A stretch of 61,943 nucleotides of DNA, the filler included, from Choristocarpus tenellus KU-1152 (Eukaryota > Protista > Phaeophyceae): the NCBI GenBank assembly GCA_964200185.2. It is 7 parts of 7 records of this genome, joined end to end, with 100 filler letters (N's around TTAATTAATTAA, not from the genome) between each part and the next. Parts side by side here need not be neighbours in the genome. Positions count along the whole stretch, not along the records: positions 1 to 16,225 come from CAXNAD020000856.1; 6 more parts are not named here. One strand, written 5' to 3'. Positions within the stretch are counted from its first letter, which is position 1. Each line of letters begins with the position of its first letter. This document shows positions 1 to 11,471 of this stretch, in pieces. A program made the position numbers and the translations under genes. Below the pieces are notes generated by a model. It saw only the letters and a list, made by a program, of their open reading frames with translations. It was not told the DNA's origin and searched no databases.

Positions 1-210
1 GGGTGAAGTAACTTCGGATTCGGACCATCAGTACTCTCATGTGGTCTATGGACTAGAACTTGATCGCCAAGTACGAAAATGGGGAACAAGAGACATTTGT
101 TGACACGCTCCTGATTTTTAACGTGTTCATGGAGGTTACAGTGTGCCAACTTAAATGCAACCTGTAAATTATCTTTGGTTTGCTGAGGAAACTTCTCAGT
201 AGTGACATCT

Positions 211-388
211 GATCGTGTTTGTTAGGAGATGTCAATATCCTTGCTCCGGACACACCTTTTTATAACGTACACATTTTGCCTACTCCGAAACGTTTTGGAG
301 TAGGAAAATTTCACAAAAAACCCCATGGGAAGCCAAGCCCCAATGGACAAACAGGGCAAAACTCGTACCCTCTAAGGTACTTTCACTC
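211..388 (+). mobile_element. MITE family A, 5'-truncated copy (Sola2-like non-autonomous element)
   Basis: Matches the internal part and right end (CCCTCTAAGGTACTTTCACTC) of the ~258-bp element at 45291, 47230, 47981, 49744 and 51995. Confidence 0.85.
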
Positions 389-429
389 GAATCAAGGATG
401 ATATCAACATGTAAATGAGCTGTCTTTCA

Positions 430-2700
430 AACAGAAGCAAAGACAGGGTTTCATGTAATTTTGCACCGAAAACTGCATTATGGGCTAACTGTACGAAAGG
501 GCAATTACGATACCAGGTTATCCTCAGCAACAGAGATATACATTGCTAGCATAGAATGCAACGTAGTATGTACTCTCTAACACATAATTTCCTTGGGGGT
601 GATACGGCGTGCTTTTGGTTTTGCTGTAACCAAAGACAGACTGCAACTCTGCAACGATACTATTTTCAAATTTGGTACCTTGATCGGAGTGTAACAACTT
701 GGATGGGCCAGGAATCGAGAATACGTATTCTACTGGCGTACGAGCAATTGTTGTGACCTCTTTGTCTGGAACAGGGCACAGTACCACAAAAAGAGTGAGG
801 TGATCAATTGCTGTTTTGTGCTCTACCAAATCAATAGTAACACGTTGAGATGGTCCGTCAACGGGCATATGGCCAGTGGGAAGCATAGCTTTGTTATGAG
901 CAATCTTACGTGTTTGGCATGCCTGACAATAACGGCACCATGTACGAACATCGATATTGAATGTTGGCCACCAACACGCACCTCTAACCCCATCGAACGT
1001 GGGTTGGAAACCTAAGTGGCCTCCGGATATTGCATGGTCGTGGCAGCCATGGAGTACAAGACGGACTAACGAGCGAGGAATATTCAACTGGTCTTTTTAT
1101 GTGCTCCACCTACGAAGATGACCTGGTAAGTACGAACGATACAGTAAGTCACTGCAAAGGAAATAAATACAACAAAGGTCATCGATTCCTTATCAGGTGG
1201 TAAGGCGACGTTGGGGGACTGTAAATACCTGAAATATGGTCCAAACTCACGTTCCTGCTCCTTGCGCAATCGCTCGATGTTCACTACAGGAAACAAAGTA
1301 GTGGAACTAGTAAGTAGTTCACGATAACTTTGGACGGGCATTGCTCTTGCCAATCAAGGACTGCACCGAAGGCCTCCATGACACTATTATCAAGAAGTAT
1401 TATATCAGGACCAAGTTGGATAATTGCTCCACTTCTGTCCGGAGACGTTGGTTGTGATCAGCAGAGTGTCCATAGGTCTGGAGCTTCAGGAGATCCTCAA
1501 GACATTCAGGTGGCGTGAAATTCACTCTGGTTGTGGTCAGCAGAGTGTCCATGGGCCTGGAGCTTCAGGAGATCCTCAAGTCATTCAGGTGGCGTGAAAT
1601 TCACTCTCGTGCACACGTTAATGTGGTACATGATGAATGCGGAAATAGCATCATTGAACTGTGCCTGCAAAGTGACCACCTCATCACCAGTTGAACGTGG
1701 GGGAGAAACAGGACTCTCCTGGAAAAGGACCCAATGAGTTTAACGGTAGCCCGAGCTGATACGGTACTCAACAGTCGACGACACAGTTCCTGCTTGACCG
1801 CAACGATCTGTTGGGGATAATGGGGAACCTCGTCTACGATTCATATTTCTTGCATTGTTGGACGACGTTGATGAGTGATTTGATGACGTAGAATCTGAAT
1901 TATGGTTTGTTGAAGACCCTTACGTCTTCCATTGAGCCGCTTTCGTCAGCTTTCTGTTCCTTCCCTTCCCTTGATTCCTCGAAATGTTCAGCCAGGCGCT
2001 CCTGTTGATGACCTTTTCTTCTGGTTTTGACGTTGGGCATGTTTGGTCAGTGGTTGAACAAAAAATTCACTTGTCACCCTACGTCTAAGGTCACCAGTGT
2101 CGCCAATATGAATCACGTGATTCTGTTGTGTGGCGTGGTTTACTCAGGCAAGGGTGGTGAACAGAATAACTAGGCAAGACATACCAAGACAAACCGAAAC
2201 CGAGAGGATGAGATTAAGGTTGGACAAGTGCAAGACTGCAAGGACTTACACAACAACTGAGGAGTGACTAACTGAGGATCTTGTGAGAGGGGATCATCGG
2301 AAATGTCAAGACATGAGAACAAAGTGAATCTTTGATGTTTGACAACCCTGAATGAAGAGCAGTCCCTTATCTATGGAACCAGTCTCTTGAAGAGGTTGCA
2401 TGGATTCATTCTCACGGAAGATCCTCTACTGGAATCATGGATTCCTCACAAAAAACCTCATCAATACAATGGTGTATGGCATACGGCGAATACGGTATAG
2501 TAACAAACCTGCTTTTCACAGAGGGAGGGAACATTATGGAGGATGTGGTGTAGAGTGTTACACAATCCATTCCAAAATGTAGGATGGGCTCAGTGCACCT
2601 GAGCAGACTGCGTTCAAACCTCATGAACCTAGCCAATCATGACCCAAGAATGCCATACTCTACATCAATGGCAACTCAACCTTCCTGACGAAAGTATGCA
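430..2700 (-). mobile_element. Degenerate, internally deleted Ty3/Gypsy LTR retrotransposon remnant
   Basis: ORF 524-1087 has an integrase HHCC zinc finger (HDHAISGGHLG...WWP...CQACQ) and an rve core (VTIDLV, LHSDQGTKFEN, TPYHPQGN). There is a gag-like start at ~2040 (MPNVKTRRKG) and a PBS-like TTGGCGACACTGG on the minus strand near 2094-2106. No RT seen. Boundaries approximate. Confidence 0.75.
1450..1607. repeat. 79-bp tandem duplication (2 copies)
   Basis: GGTTGTG(A/G)TCAGCAGAGTGTCCAT...GAAATTCACTCT at 1450-1528 and 1529-1607, with a few substitutions. Confidence 0.95.
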
Positions 2701-3880
2701 GTGGCACACCGTGCTATGAGGCACAGGCAGTCTTCCTTGATTCCTCAAGCTGAGAGAGTGATGAAAACAAACAAAACAAAAACAAAGATGGAAGAAGAAA
2801 AACCCCCAGAAAGTCGCTGTATCACAACAGCTGTCCAGCGTAAGTCTATTAAACAGTTCAATAACACCACTTGTAACACCACATCACCACTACCATACAG
2901 CTCTTGCTTCAAAGGTGCCCAATGCCTTCAGAGAGGTGAAGAAGGAGGCAGACCAATAATTCCCTCCTAAACAAAGAAAAAACACATGAACTTATACAGG
3001 TTCTTTGTACCTACACCTACTCACCTCAACTATAGCCCCATGGGGCAGTCATGCCAGCTAGACTCACGCATGATCACTAGAGGATGAAATTTCTCCTAAT
3101 AATAGATGCCTTGTATTCAATTTGTCACTGATAGTCTTGGGAAGCAGTGGGGAATGACCCACAGTACACATACTGCTCATAACTAGTTGAGTCAACTCCT
3201 ACCCAACCTCACCACGAATTCCTCCCATCAAGACCACCTGTGCTCCACGAGGACACACTGGTGGCAAACATCATCTACATGATCCCCCTCTTCTTGTACA
3301 ATCTTTCACAAAGGATTTAAAGAAAGGAAAGTGCATCTGCTGCCCCTCCCCCACCAGGGTCAGCCAGCTCTCCCTATTGAGTCAAGTCCATCTAGCACAC
3401 AGGCAGACGCAAGCTGATGAAACAAAATGGCCTGGAGAGCACATCTACCATGGGCCTCGAGGGGCAACCTCACCCTCCCCTGAGAAGCTCTTGTGTGACC
3501 CCATCTCCCTCATGTGTGTCTATCATTAATCCTTACCAAACCTTAGCCATTTCCACAATAAAATTTGACTTTTTCCCCCTCACCCAGACACCTAGAAAAC
3601 CTCACATCATTTCCTTGCACTGCTGGAACACCTCAGAGCCCCCCCCCACTCTACGACCAAAACCCTCCTGTCTCGCATAACAGAAGCCAAGGTTGAAGGG
3701 GACTCGAGGGTGGAGGAAGGGGGGGGGGATTCACTCTCCTTTCAACTGGTTTCCACACCCGTGAAAAATATCAACTATCGTCCTGCCTCCCCCCCCATCC
3801 TTTACTGCACACCCCACTACAATAACCACCTCATGATTACTCGTATCCTTTGCGTCAACCGCTCCATACCCTACCTCAGA

Positions 3881-6725
3881 CTAGCTCACTGCATCAGGGT
3901 GCTCAGCATCACTTCCCTCCTCGTCCTCTTCTGCTTCCCCCTCCTCCGCCTCCTCCTCCGCCTCCTCCCTCTCATGCTTCTGAACAGCACGAACAAAATC
4001 ATCATTGACCCTGCACTGTACCCCAACATAGTTTATCACTGTTCCCTCTGAGTCTCGAAGAGCTGCAATGAAGAACTGGTTCCAGAACATTGCCCCATCC
4101 ACACGGTAATTGCGGATGCAAACAGATGTGTCCTAGTGGAGCACAGGAGGAGGGGCAGTGTGGACACACACACACAGTGGTAGTTGTATTAGGCATGCAT
4201 TAGTTGGGAAGGATGGATATTGGGTCAGCTTGTAGTAGCCTCCAACTAGAACCTCACATAATCACAATAGGTTCTCTCCCCATGGCAGGGAGGATAAGTT
4301 ATTGACCAGTCTCATAGATAAGCAAGAGCCAATCCCAAAAAACTGTACTTACCCCTTCCCACATCCACATCTGCCTCATCAAACACAACAGGTATCCAAC
4401 TATATTTTAGTGGGCAACATAAAAAAGTGACACATTCCCAAAACAAAGACGGAGGGTGCCACTTGAATCTGGGTGAGGGTTTCCTCTCTCCCTGTGAATG
4501 TCTGTGGCATCACTCACCGAGCCCTGCTCAATAGCCTGTACAGATACAAGAGTTAGGGGGGGTGAGGAAATGCAGTAAGAATCAGTGATTAATCGTGCTT
4601 CATATCAATAGTGCAGCATGTTTGATTCTCATTAATACTTTGATCATGTCCTTTAAGATCAGTTTCTTCTAGGTGGAGACACTGGATACAACATAACAAT
4701 CTGTGGAAAAAAGGTAGGTCCACCCACAACCCAGAAGGGGCGCAGCATTCCATCGTCAGAAATTCTCGAGCTACTCATACATCCAATACAACAATTGACA
4801 GGCTCTATTTCAACTCACCTCTACAATCAGAGGTAACTGACAAGCAACTTGAAAAAAACTACCCAACACTCAAGGGAGAAAACAAACACATCTCACGAAG
4901 TATAGAGAGTCGAGGCTGTTGAACACAGATCACATAGAGCAAATACCCTTGTAACACATACCACAACACACACACACACACACACAAACACACTTCACAT
5001 ACTTCCCTCTCCTCAATCCCCACATTCCCAGACACAGGGCTCATCACTCAGGTGTGTATACACACGGGTCACAGTTGCAAAGAAAGTGTAACACGATTAT
5101 GGCTGCTGCTCACCTTCCGGATTTTCTCAACTGCCTTCGGGTCAGTGTCCGGGCCTTGCAGAAATCGACAGTTACGTCCCAGTATTTGGTCAAGGGTATA
5201 CCCTGTGAGCTCAAGGAACCCCTGGCTTGCAAATACGATAGGGTTGTCCGGCAGGGTTGGATCTGTGATCACAAAGTTCTGCTGTGCCGTCTGCAGGGCC
5301 TTGACCAGTGAATAGTCTGGGTCATCCAGCACCTTTGTGGCATCTCCAGGTGTGTTTGCAATCAAGCTTGAGGTTTCCGTCCTTGTCAAGAGCTCCTTAG
5401 CCTGCTCTGATCCCAGGTTCTGCCGTATTGCATTCCTTAGCTTCTCGTTCTCCTCCTGCAGGGCTGTGACACTCTTTTGGAGAGACTCTAGCAGGAATTT
5501 CTTCCTCACTCGAGAGCGCTTGGCATGCTCACGGTTACGCTCCCTGGCCACCCATTACCAACCCCAAACAGCAAGCCAGGTTGTTAAACGAAGGCAGGAA
5601 GAGTTTGATATGCAATCACATGGAAGAGGATATTAGCAATGTGTTTTGAGAGAGAAAGTGAGGAAGGAAAGGCTAGTTGAGAAAGACACAGAGGTCAACG
5701 GGGATCAAGAACTCCATTCTCAGCTGTGATCACTAGTAGTACAATATATACCAGGACATGAATAATAATGAAGGTACTACTCTCTAGATCTTCAAAAATT
5801 GTACCATGTGTTTGCATCCCTTGTTGATTAACCTTGAGGTATAGGAAGGGAAGCTAGGGATACGGCTTCAACCCACGTATTCTTGAATGATCTCCAGCTG
5901 TGGGGGGATTGACACAGATCCAAAAAAGAGCTCTCTCTTCCAGACTTGAAAGGAAAACTAGCAGGAAGCGACTCCACTACAGGTTCCCTTTTCAATAGTC
6001 ATTTCCTCATCACTGTGCACGGAATCACCAGCATCGGTCCACACTTCTATCACACTCTATCCCATACCCATCCCTACCGTATGGTGGGACAGAAAATTCC
6101 CTAGTCAAAAATATTGAACACGTGCCATGATCCTACTGTTTCCATTCAGAAAGGCACCATAATATGTATCCGTATCTCTCCCCCCCCACCTCCTCTCGAG
6201 TCTTTGTTGCTCAGTCATATTCCTGCCACTCTGACGCATTCGTTTCCCACGCTTTCCCTTATCGTCGTCGTCATCCTCCTCATCAAGTCCTGCTGCCAAA
6301 GCGGATCGCGACAACTTGTCAGCAGTTGTGGCAGCTCCCCGCGCCCGTACCTGTGTATTGGGTATTACTGATGTTTGCCCCACTACTGCGTTAGTCTGGT
6401 GCATTTGTTCCATATATGGTGGTACGCCCACCATCCCACCAGGTATCTGGGGAGGGATTATTCTCCCCGTCCCATTAAACCCTGAAATCTGCCCTGGCAA
6501 CCCTTGGGAGGTCACTGCAGTCCCAGAGGAGGCCGCTGCAGAATTGTTTCCTAGTGCGAGTGTCCCTGGTGTAATCCCGAGGAGTTCGTTATCGGATCCC
6601 ATGAAGCAGTCGGCGAAGATCTCATCGATGTTGATAAACTTGTTGCCACCGAGCTGACCATTTTCAGAGTTGGCAACCCCAAAAGTTGGAGCTGGAGGGG
6701 AGCTGTGCCCCGGCACTTGATCCAT
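3881..6725 (-). CDS. AUREO1: Aureochrome (AUREO1-type bZIP-LOV blue-light photoreceptor and transcription factor), 4 coding exons
   Basis: Exons 6725-6190, 5543-5114, 4535-4518 and 4132-3881, all GT-AG and in phase. bZIP basic region ERRERNREHAKRSRVRKKFLLESLQ is followed by a LOV domain with the intact photoactive motif GRNCRFLQG and NYRVDGAMFWNQFF...NYVGVQ. Acidic C-terminal tail. Confidence 0.96.
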
Positions 6726-7691
6726 GTTCAACACAACGTGTGGGTAGTTAGGTACCTACTACCTCCTTCCTCTGTACACAATCAAACCTATGTAATTGAT
6801 GTCTACTGGGGCCTCCAAGATAGCTTGACCCCAAAGTTAGAGCAGGTCGTTCTTGAACAAATATAGCCAAGGTCCTGCCAAAGTACACGGATGCTGCTCG
6901 CCTGAGAAATTGTACAAGGAAACGAGTGGGGGAAACAACAAAAAAATTTCAGATATTGTGCAAGGACGTCGGTCCTATTGGGTCGGATGTTGAACGGCCC
7001 CAAGGCATCGTAACCAACGAAGAGATAGAGTGCAGCGCCTTCTGGTGCAGACAAGGTCCTCTCCTCAACGAAGGTTCCACAATCAACGGAAGAAAGAGAT
7101 GGAAAGGACAACATATTTTCACCGAAGACTTGAGTTTCCCTTCGTATTTCTGCAACAACATGGTAGGAGTAAAGCACATACTGGGCATTCCTTTTTCAAT
7201 TGTGAACCAAAAGTTTGTCCCAAGGACTGGTCAATACTTAACAAAATAACCGCGTTTTCACCTATCGGTATGTTCATAAGACCAATTGAGAGTTACACAC
7301 CTGCCAAATTGTGTCGGATGGTTTAGGTTGTCTGTATTGCTATGCTCATCTTTACCTCAGGTAACAAACAAGACCCGTGCCTTCAACTCGAAGTGAACAC
7401 AGGAAACAATTTCTCCTGATATTCCGCAAATCCTTTGAGGGGTCTATCAACTAACGGTGAGCAGGTACAGCCAACTACACTGTAAGCTGTAAGTGGGTCG
7501 AAGACCCTCTGGTGCTCCGCACACAACGAAGGCCGTGATCCCCGATATTAAGGGGGTGAAGTTGAAATCGATCTCTTCAATAAAATTTGGTAGGGTTAGG
7601 GTTTACCAGACCTTCAAAACTTCCAATTTGTTGTACCATTGATGTTCACATCCAACAAGACGAGAGGGACATCTTGACACGACGAGGTAGA
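6726..7691. promoter_or_regulatory. Putative bidirectional promoter and 5' UTR region between aureochrome and UBL-SF3A2; contains a telo-box-like TAGGGTTAGGGTTT at ~7590-7603
   Basis: Only 966 bp lie between the divergent ATGs (6725 and 7692). A possible aureochrome 5'-UTR intron (donor near 7355, acceptor near 6772) would bring the start sites closer. Promoter function is inferred. Confidence 0.5.
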
Positions 7692-9825
7692 ATGCAAATC
7701 TTTGTCCAAGGTCTAGATGGGGGGCATGTTTGCATCGAAGTCAGCCCTCGGGATGGTGTGGAATATGTTAAAGCTATCGTTGAGGATGAGGTGGGAGTTC
7801 CTGCATCACTCCAACGCCTTATCTGTGGGGGGAGAGATCTGTGCGATGGCCGTCTGCTCAGCGACTATGGGATAGGGGTGGGTAGTACAGTGCGCATGGC
7901 TCTACGAATTCGGGGAGGGATTGATTTCCAGCATCGAGAGGGATCCAAGTTCGGTGGCGGTGGGGTGATGTCCGATACGCAGGCAGCTGTGGATCGGCGG
8001 GAGCGACTGAGGAAACTGGCCCAGGAGACGGTCGATCTCAACAAAGATCCTTACTTCATGAAGAACCACCTTGGAAAGTATGAATGCAAGCTGTGTTTGA
8101 CCTTGCACAATAATGAGGGGAACTACCTGGCCCATACACAGGGAAAGCGTCATCAGCAGAACCTCGCACGACGTGCGGCCATGGAGGCAAAAAATGCCCT
8201 CGTCAAGCCACAGCCGTGAGTTTTGCTACACCTCTTTTTGAACTTGTGGTATCGCTCACGGACTCGTCAGCTGATTAGTTTGAGTGTCCGGCAATATGCA
8301 TGAGGCGTGGTATAGAGTCATATCACACATTTGACCTGATTCTCTCTTTTCCAAGATTGCCAATGATTCTCCCTAGCCTCATCCTCGCCTAATGAAAAAC
8401 CCTGATCTTGATTGAAGGCTGATGAACCCAATCTTCGAAATGCGTTTCTGCGTCCAAAAGGGCGGTCACTGTACAAACCCGCAATGTGATCAAAATCGGA
8501 AGGCCAGGCTATAAGGTCACTAAGGCTCGGGATTTATCAACAAATCAACGAAGCCTGTTGTTTGAGGTGGACTACCCAGAGGCGGATGAAGGTGCCCAGC
8601 CACGACATAGGTTTATGTCTGCCTACGAACAAAAGGTCGAGGCGCCGGACAAAAACTACCAGGTTAGTGTGACTTTTATATATTCCAATTTTTACTTGTG
8701 AAGTGCTTCCACAGTAAATGAAATGCAATCCACCAGAGGATACCCGTCTGAGCTTGTGGTGTGGTTTAATTTGAACCCCCTCCATTTGTAGGCCAAGCAT
8801 CTTGTATTTACATAGGGAAGGTCGCATCCATCGATACAGAGCACTACTCCTGACAAGAGCACATGTTCAAACCAACCATGAAAACAGGGTGTGGGTGTGT
8901 TAGCGCTTTTCCCATCGATTTGGAAATGAAAAAAGAAAATATGCAACCGTGCTCTTAATCTAGGTAGTTTGATGTGGCTTCAAGCACCCCTTGACACTTT
9001 ACTCTATGCCAGAATCTGATAGTTTAGTCTGAAGCTGCTAGAAACACCCCCAAACCCCCATCTCGTAAGCTTCCACTTGTGCTACCTGTACTGCTCTTGT
9101 TGTTTTTTTGATGTGCAGTACCTCCTCTTTGCATGTGACCCGTATGAGACAATTGGTTTCAAAGTGCCCAACCTGAAGATCGATAAGGTGGAGGGGCATT
9201 TTTTCACCAACTGGGATAAGGAGGCAAAAAAATTCACAGTGAGTGTGTGCTGTTGTGTTCAAGAAGTGCAAGATTTCCCATGTGCTACACACGGTCATTG
9301 ATATCATTTGTTTGGCAAGGGTCCATCTATAGTGGCATGCCGGCAATACGTTTCTCAGTTGTGTGAGCTCAAGGCATTTGCCATTTGTCAAAGCACTCTC
9401 AACAGTAAATTATTGAGTATGCCCCCTATTGTGTTGCCAAGGTGCCAGAGGAAGTACACTTTTCAGTTATTTGTTTTCTGATTCACTATAAAGGTAGCAT
9501 GGCATCTTCTTACTGTATGTAAAATGAGAGCTGAACTTATTTCATGGTTGAAACGATAGAACAGGCCCAACGTAATGTGAACATTAAAGGTGCAGTAGTA
9601 TGTATGTACATGGGCTTTTTTATTGCTGGCGATCTTTCAGTCACCGATCAAGTAAACTCAATTCCGTTCTTCAGACTCCTGCTACTGCCCTTGCATTGAC
9701 CTCAACACTTCTCATGCACCTGTTCTCTAATATCCAACACGTCAACCCTATCCCTCTTGTATCCCTCACATGCCACTCACACACCTCAGCTACAACTTTA
9801 CTTTGAAGATGAGTCCAATTCATGA
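7692..9825 (+). CDS. SF3A2: Fusion of a 76-aa ubiquitin-like domain to splicing factor 3A subunit 2 (SF3a66/Prp11), 4 exons
   Basis: Exons 7692-8215, 8461-8662, 9119-9238 and 9790-9825 (LQLYFEDESNS*), GT-AG and in phase. Residues 1-76 are ubiquitin-like (MQIFV...QRLI...LSDY...LRIRGG). The rest is typical SF3A2: IDFQHREGSKFGGGG, DPYFMKNHLGKYECKLCLTLHNNEGNYLAHTQGKRHQ (matrin-type Zn finger), KIGRPGYKVTK, PRHRFMSAYEQKVE, YLLFACDPYETIGFKVP. Confidence 0.96.
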
Positions 9826-11471
9826 CATGGATAAGGTATGGCATCGCTGTGTGAGTCGAAAAGTTGAAGGGAGTATTATTTGAGTGAATGTTGATCGCCA
9901 AAGCAGAGTTGCAGATGTAACAGGGCAAGGGGCAGACTTGAGGGTTATCATGTAGCCCCAGGTACAATTCGTTGCCTTTATAAAGTTTGCCGGGAGGTAT
10001 TGTTTCTTGCTATAGCCAATGCAACCAGATCTATTAGGATCCATGACCACAAGGGCATCCTGAACCCCTTGAGATAGTCAGTGTTATTTGTGTAAGACAG
10101 TTGGGTTAGGTCTTTCAGTGTTGTCATTCCTCACGAAAGTGATTTTGTTAAATGTGGTGCACATCACCATGTGTTTGCTTGGCAGATATATCGTACCAGG
10201 TCTTTGGTGGTCTGCTGATGCAAATGAGGAACTGCTGGGACTGCAAATGTGACTGGGGGCTGGGGTTGATGTACACTTGGCCTTTGTCTCTGAACTGATG
10301 TAGTTTAAACCAACAACTCAAGACTTACCTTTCACTACATCAATCCTGGGGAATCTGCACAAAATCCCCTGGAAGCACGAGCATGGTATTGCATGAAGGG
10401 TTTCATGTCCCTTCTCCTATACAGGACACACACAATTGACTCTCTTCCAATGTGTTCAAATTGATCCAACCACTGACAGTACACTTAAGAGCATAGAGTT
10501 AATGCGAATCCGGAGTCTCAGGAATGCTTACCCGCCCAATGATAGGAAATGGAGTGATCCTTCCACTTGTTCAACATGTCTACAGTGAAACATTTCAAGG
10601 TGTGTAAGTTATCAGCAGTGTGTAATGTTGCTGTAATCAGCTGGGGATCTTGATGCAATCATTCCAAATGTCAGTCCATATTTTGCATTGAGTGCAGGTA
10701 TGAAGAAATGGTCGAGACAGGCATTGATTGTGCTATGTTACACATGTTGGTTGCCCTTAAGTGTATCTGGCATCCACAGTGAGATTGCAAGAAAAAAAAG
10801 GTTTGTCTTACTAAGGCAGTATAGATTCCATGATAAATGCCTAGTGCACCATGGTACCAATCTTGCTACCAGAGTATAAATCATTACATCAAAGGTGTGG
10901 TCCATGAACTGAAAGGATTTCATAAAGCTGAAAGTTGGGGACAACATCTTGACTGCACCTTCAACCCAAATACATGGGCACTGGTGCAAGTGCAAACAAC
11001 TTCTATCTGAGGTCTTGTTTAGGACCTTGCCAAAACATCATGGTAGAAATATACAACTAGGTCTGCACACTCCAAAGCAGTCACACACTGGGTGCAGTTG
11101 GTATCTACAGAAACTTATTCTGTAAGAAAATAAAAGAGCGTGGTTTATCCCCAACATAGTACCTGCATGTGGTTAGTGTCGAATCTCTGTACAGTTGTTG
11201 GCTGTACATCTACAAAAACAAACATCAAGCTCTCACTTGTACACGAAGAAAAAGTGTAATTTCACCACACAAAGGATACTAAAATAAATATATATGTATG
11301 TATATCTACTACCCAAACGTCAACAGTGCACACAAAATAACATGCAAAAACGGAATATGCAAGCCCAATTAAACAAGGCAAGGAGTAGTGCATACTTGTG
11401 CAGCTACACCTCACCCCATCATACCATGCCAGCACCAGGTAGGTTCCAATCAAAAACCTGCAGTGTGAGAG

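Noticed and set aside
6803-7326. Overlapping 79-124 aa ORFs between the divergent genes
   Set aside because: No recognisable motifs and mostly non-ATG starts; likely UTR or intron sequence.
7587-7691. 35-aa N-terminal extension on ORF 7587-8219
   Set aside because: It starts at TTG (a prokaryotic-style ORF call). The ATG at 7692 matches ubiquitin Met1 exactly.
8419-8460. Hammerhead-like CTGATGA...GAAA...GTC in SF3A2 intron 1
   Set aside because: Stems I and II cannot form; the sequence is the branch/acceptor region of the intron.
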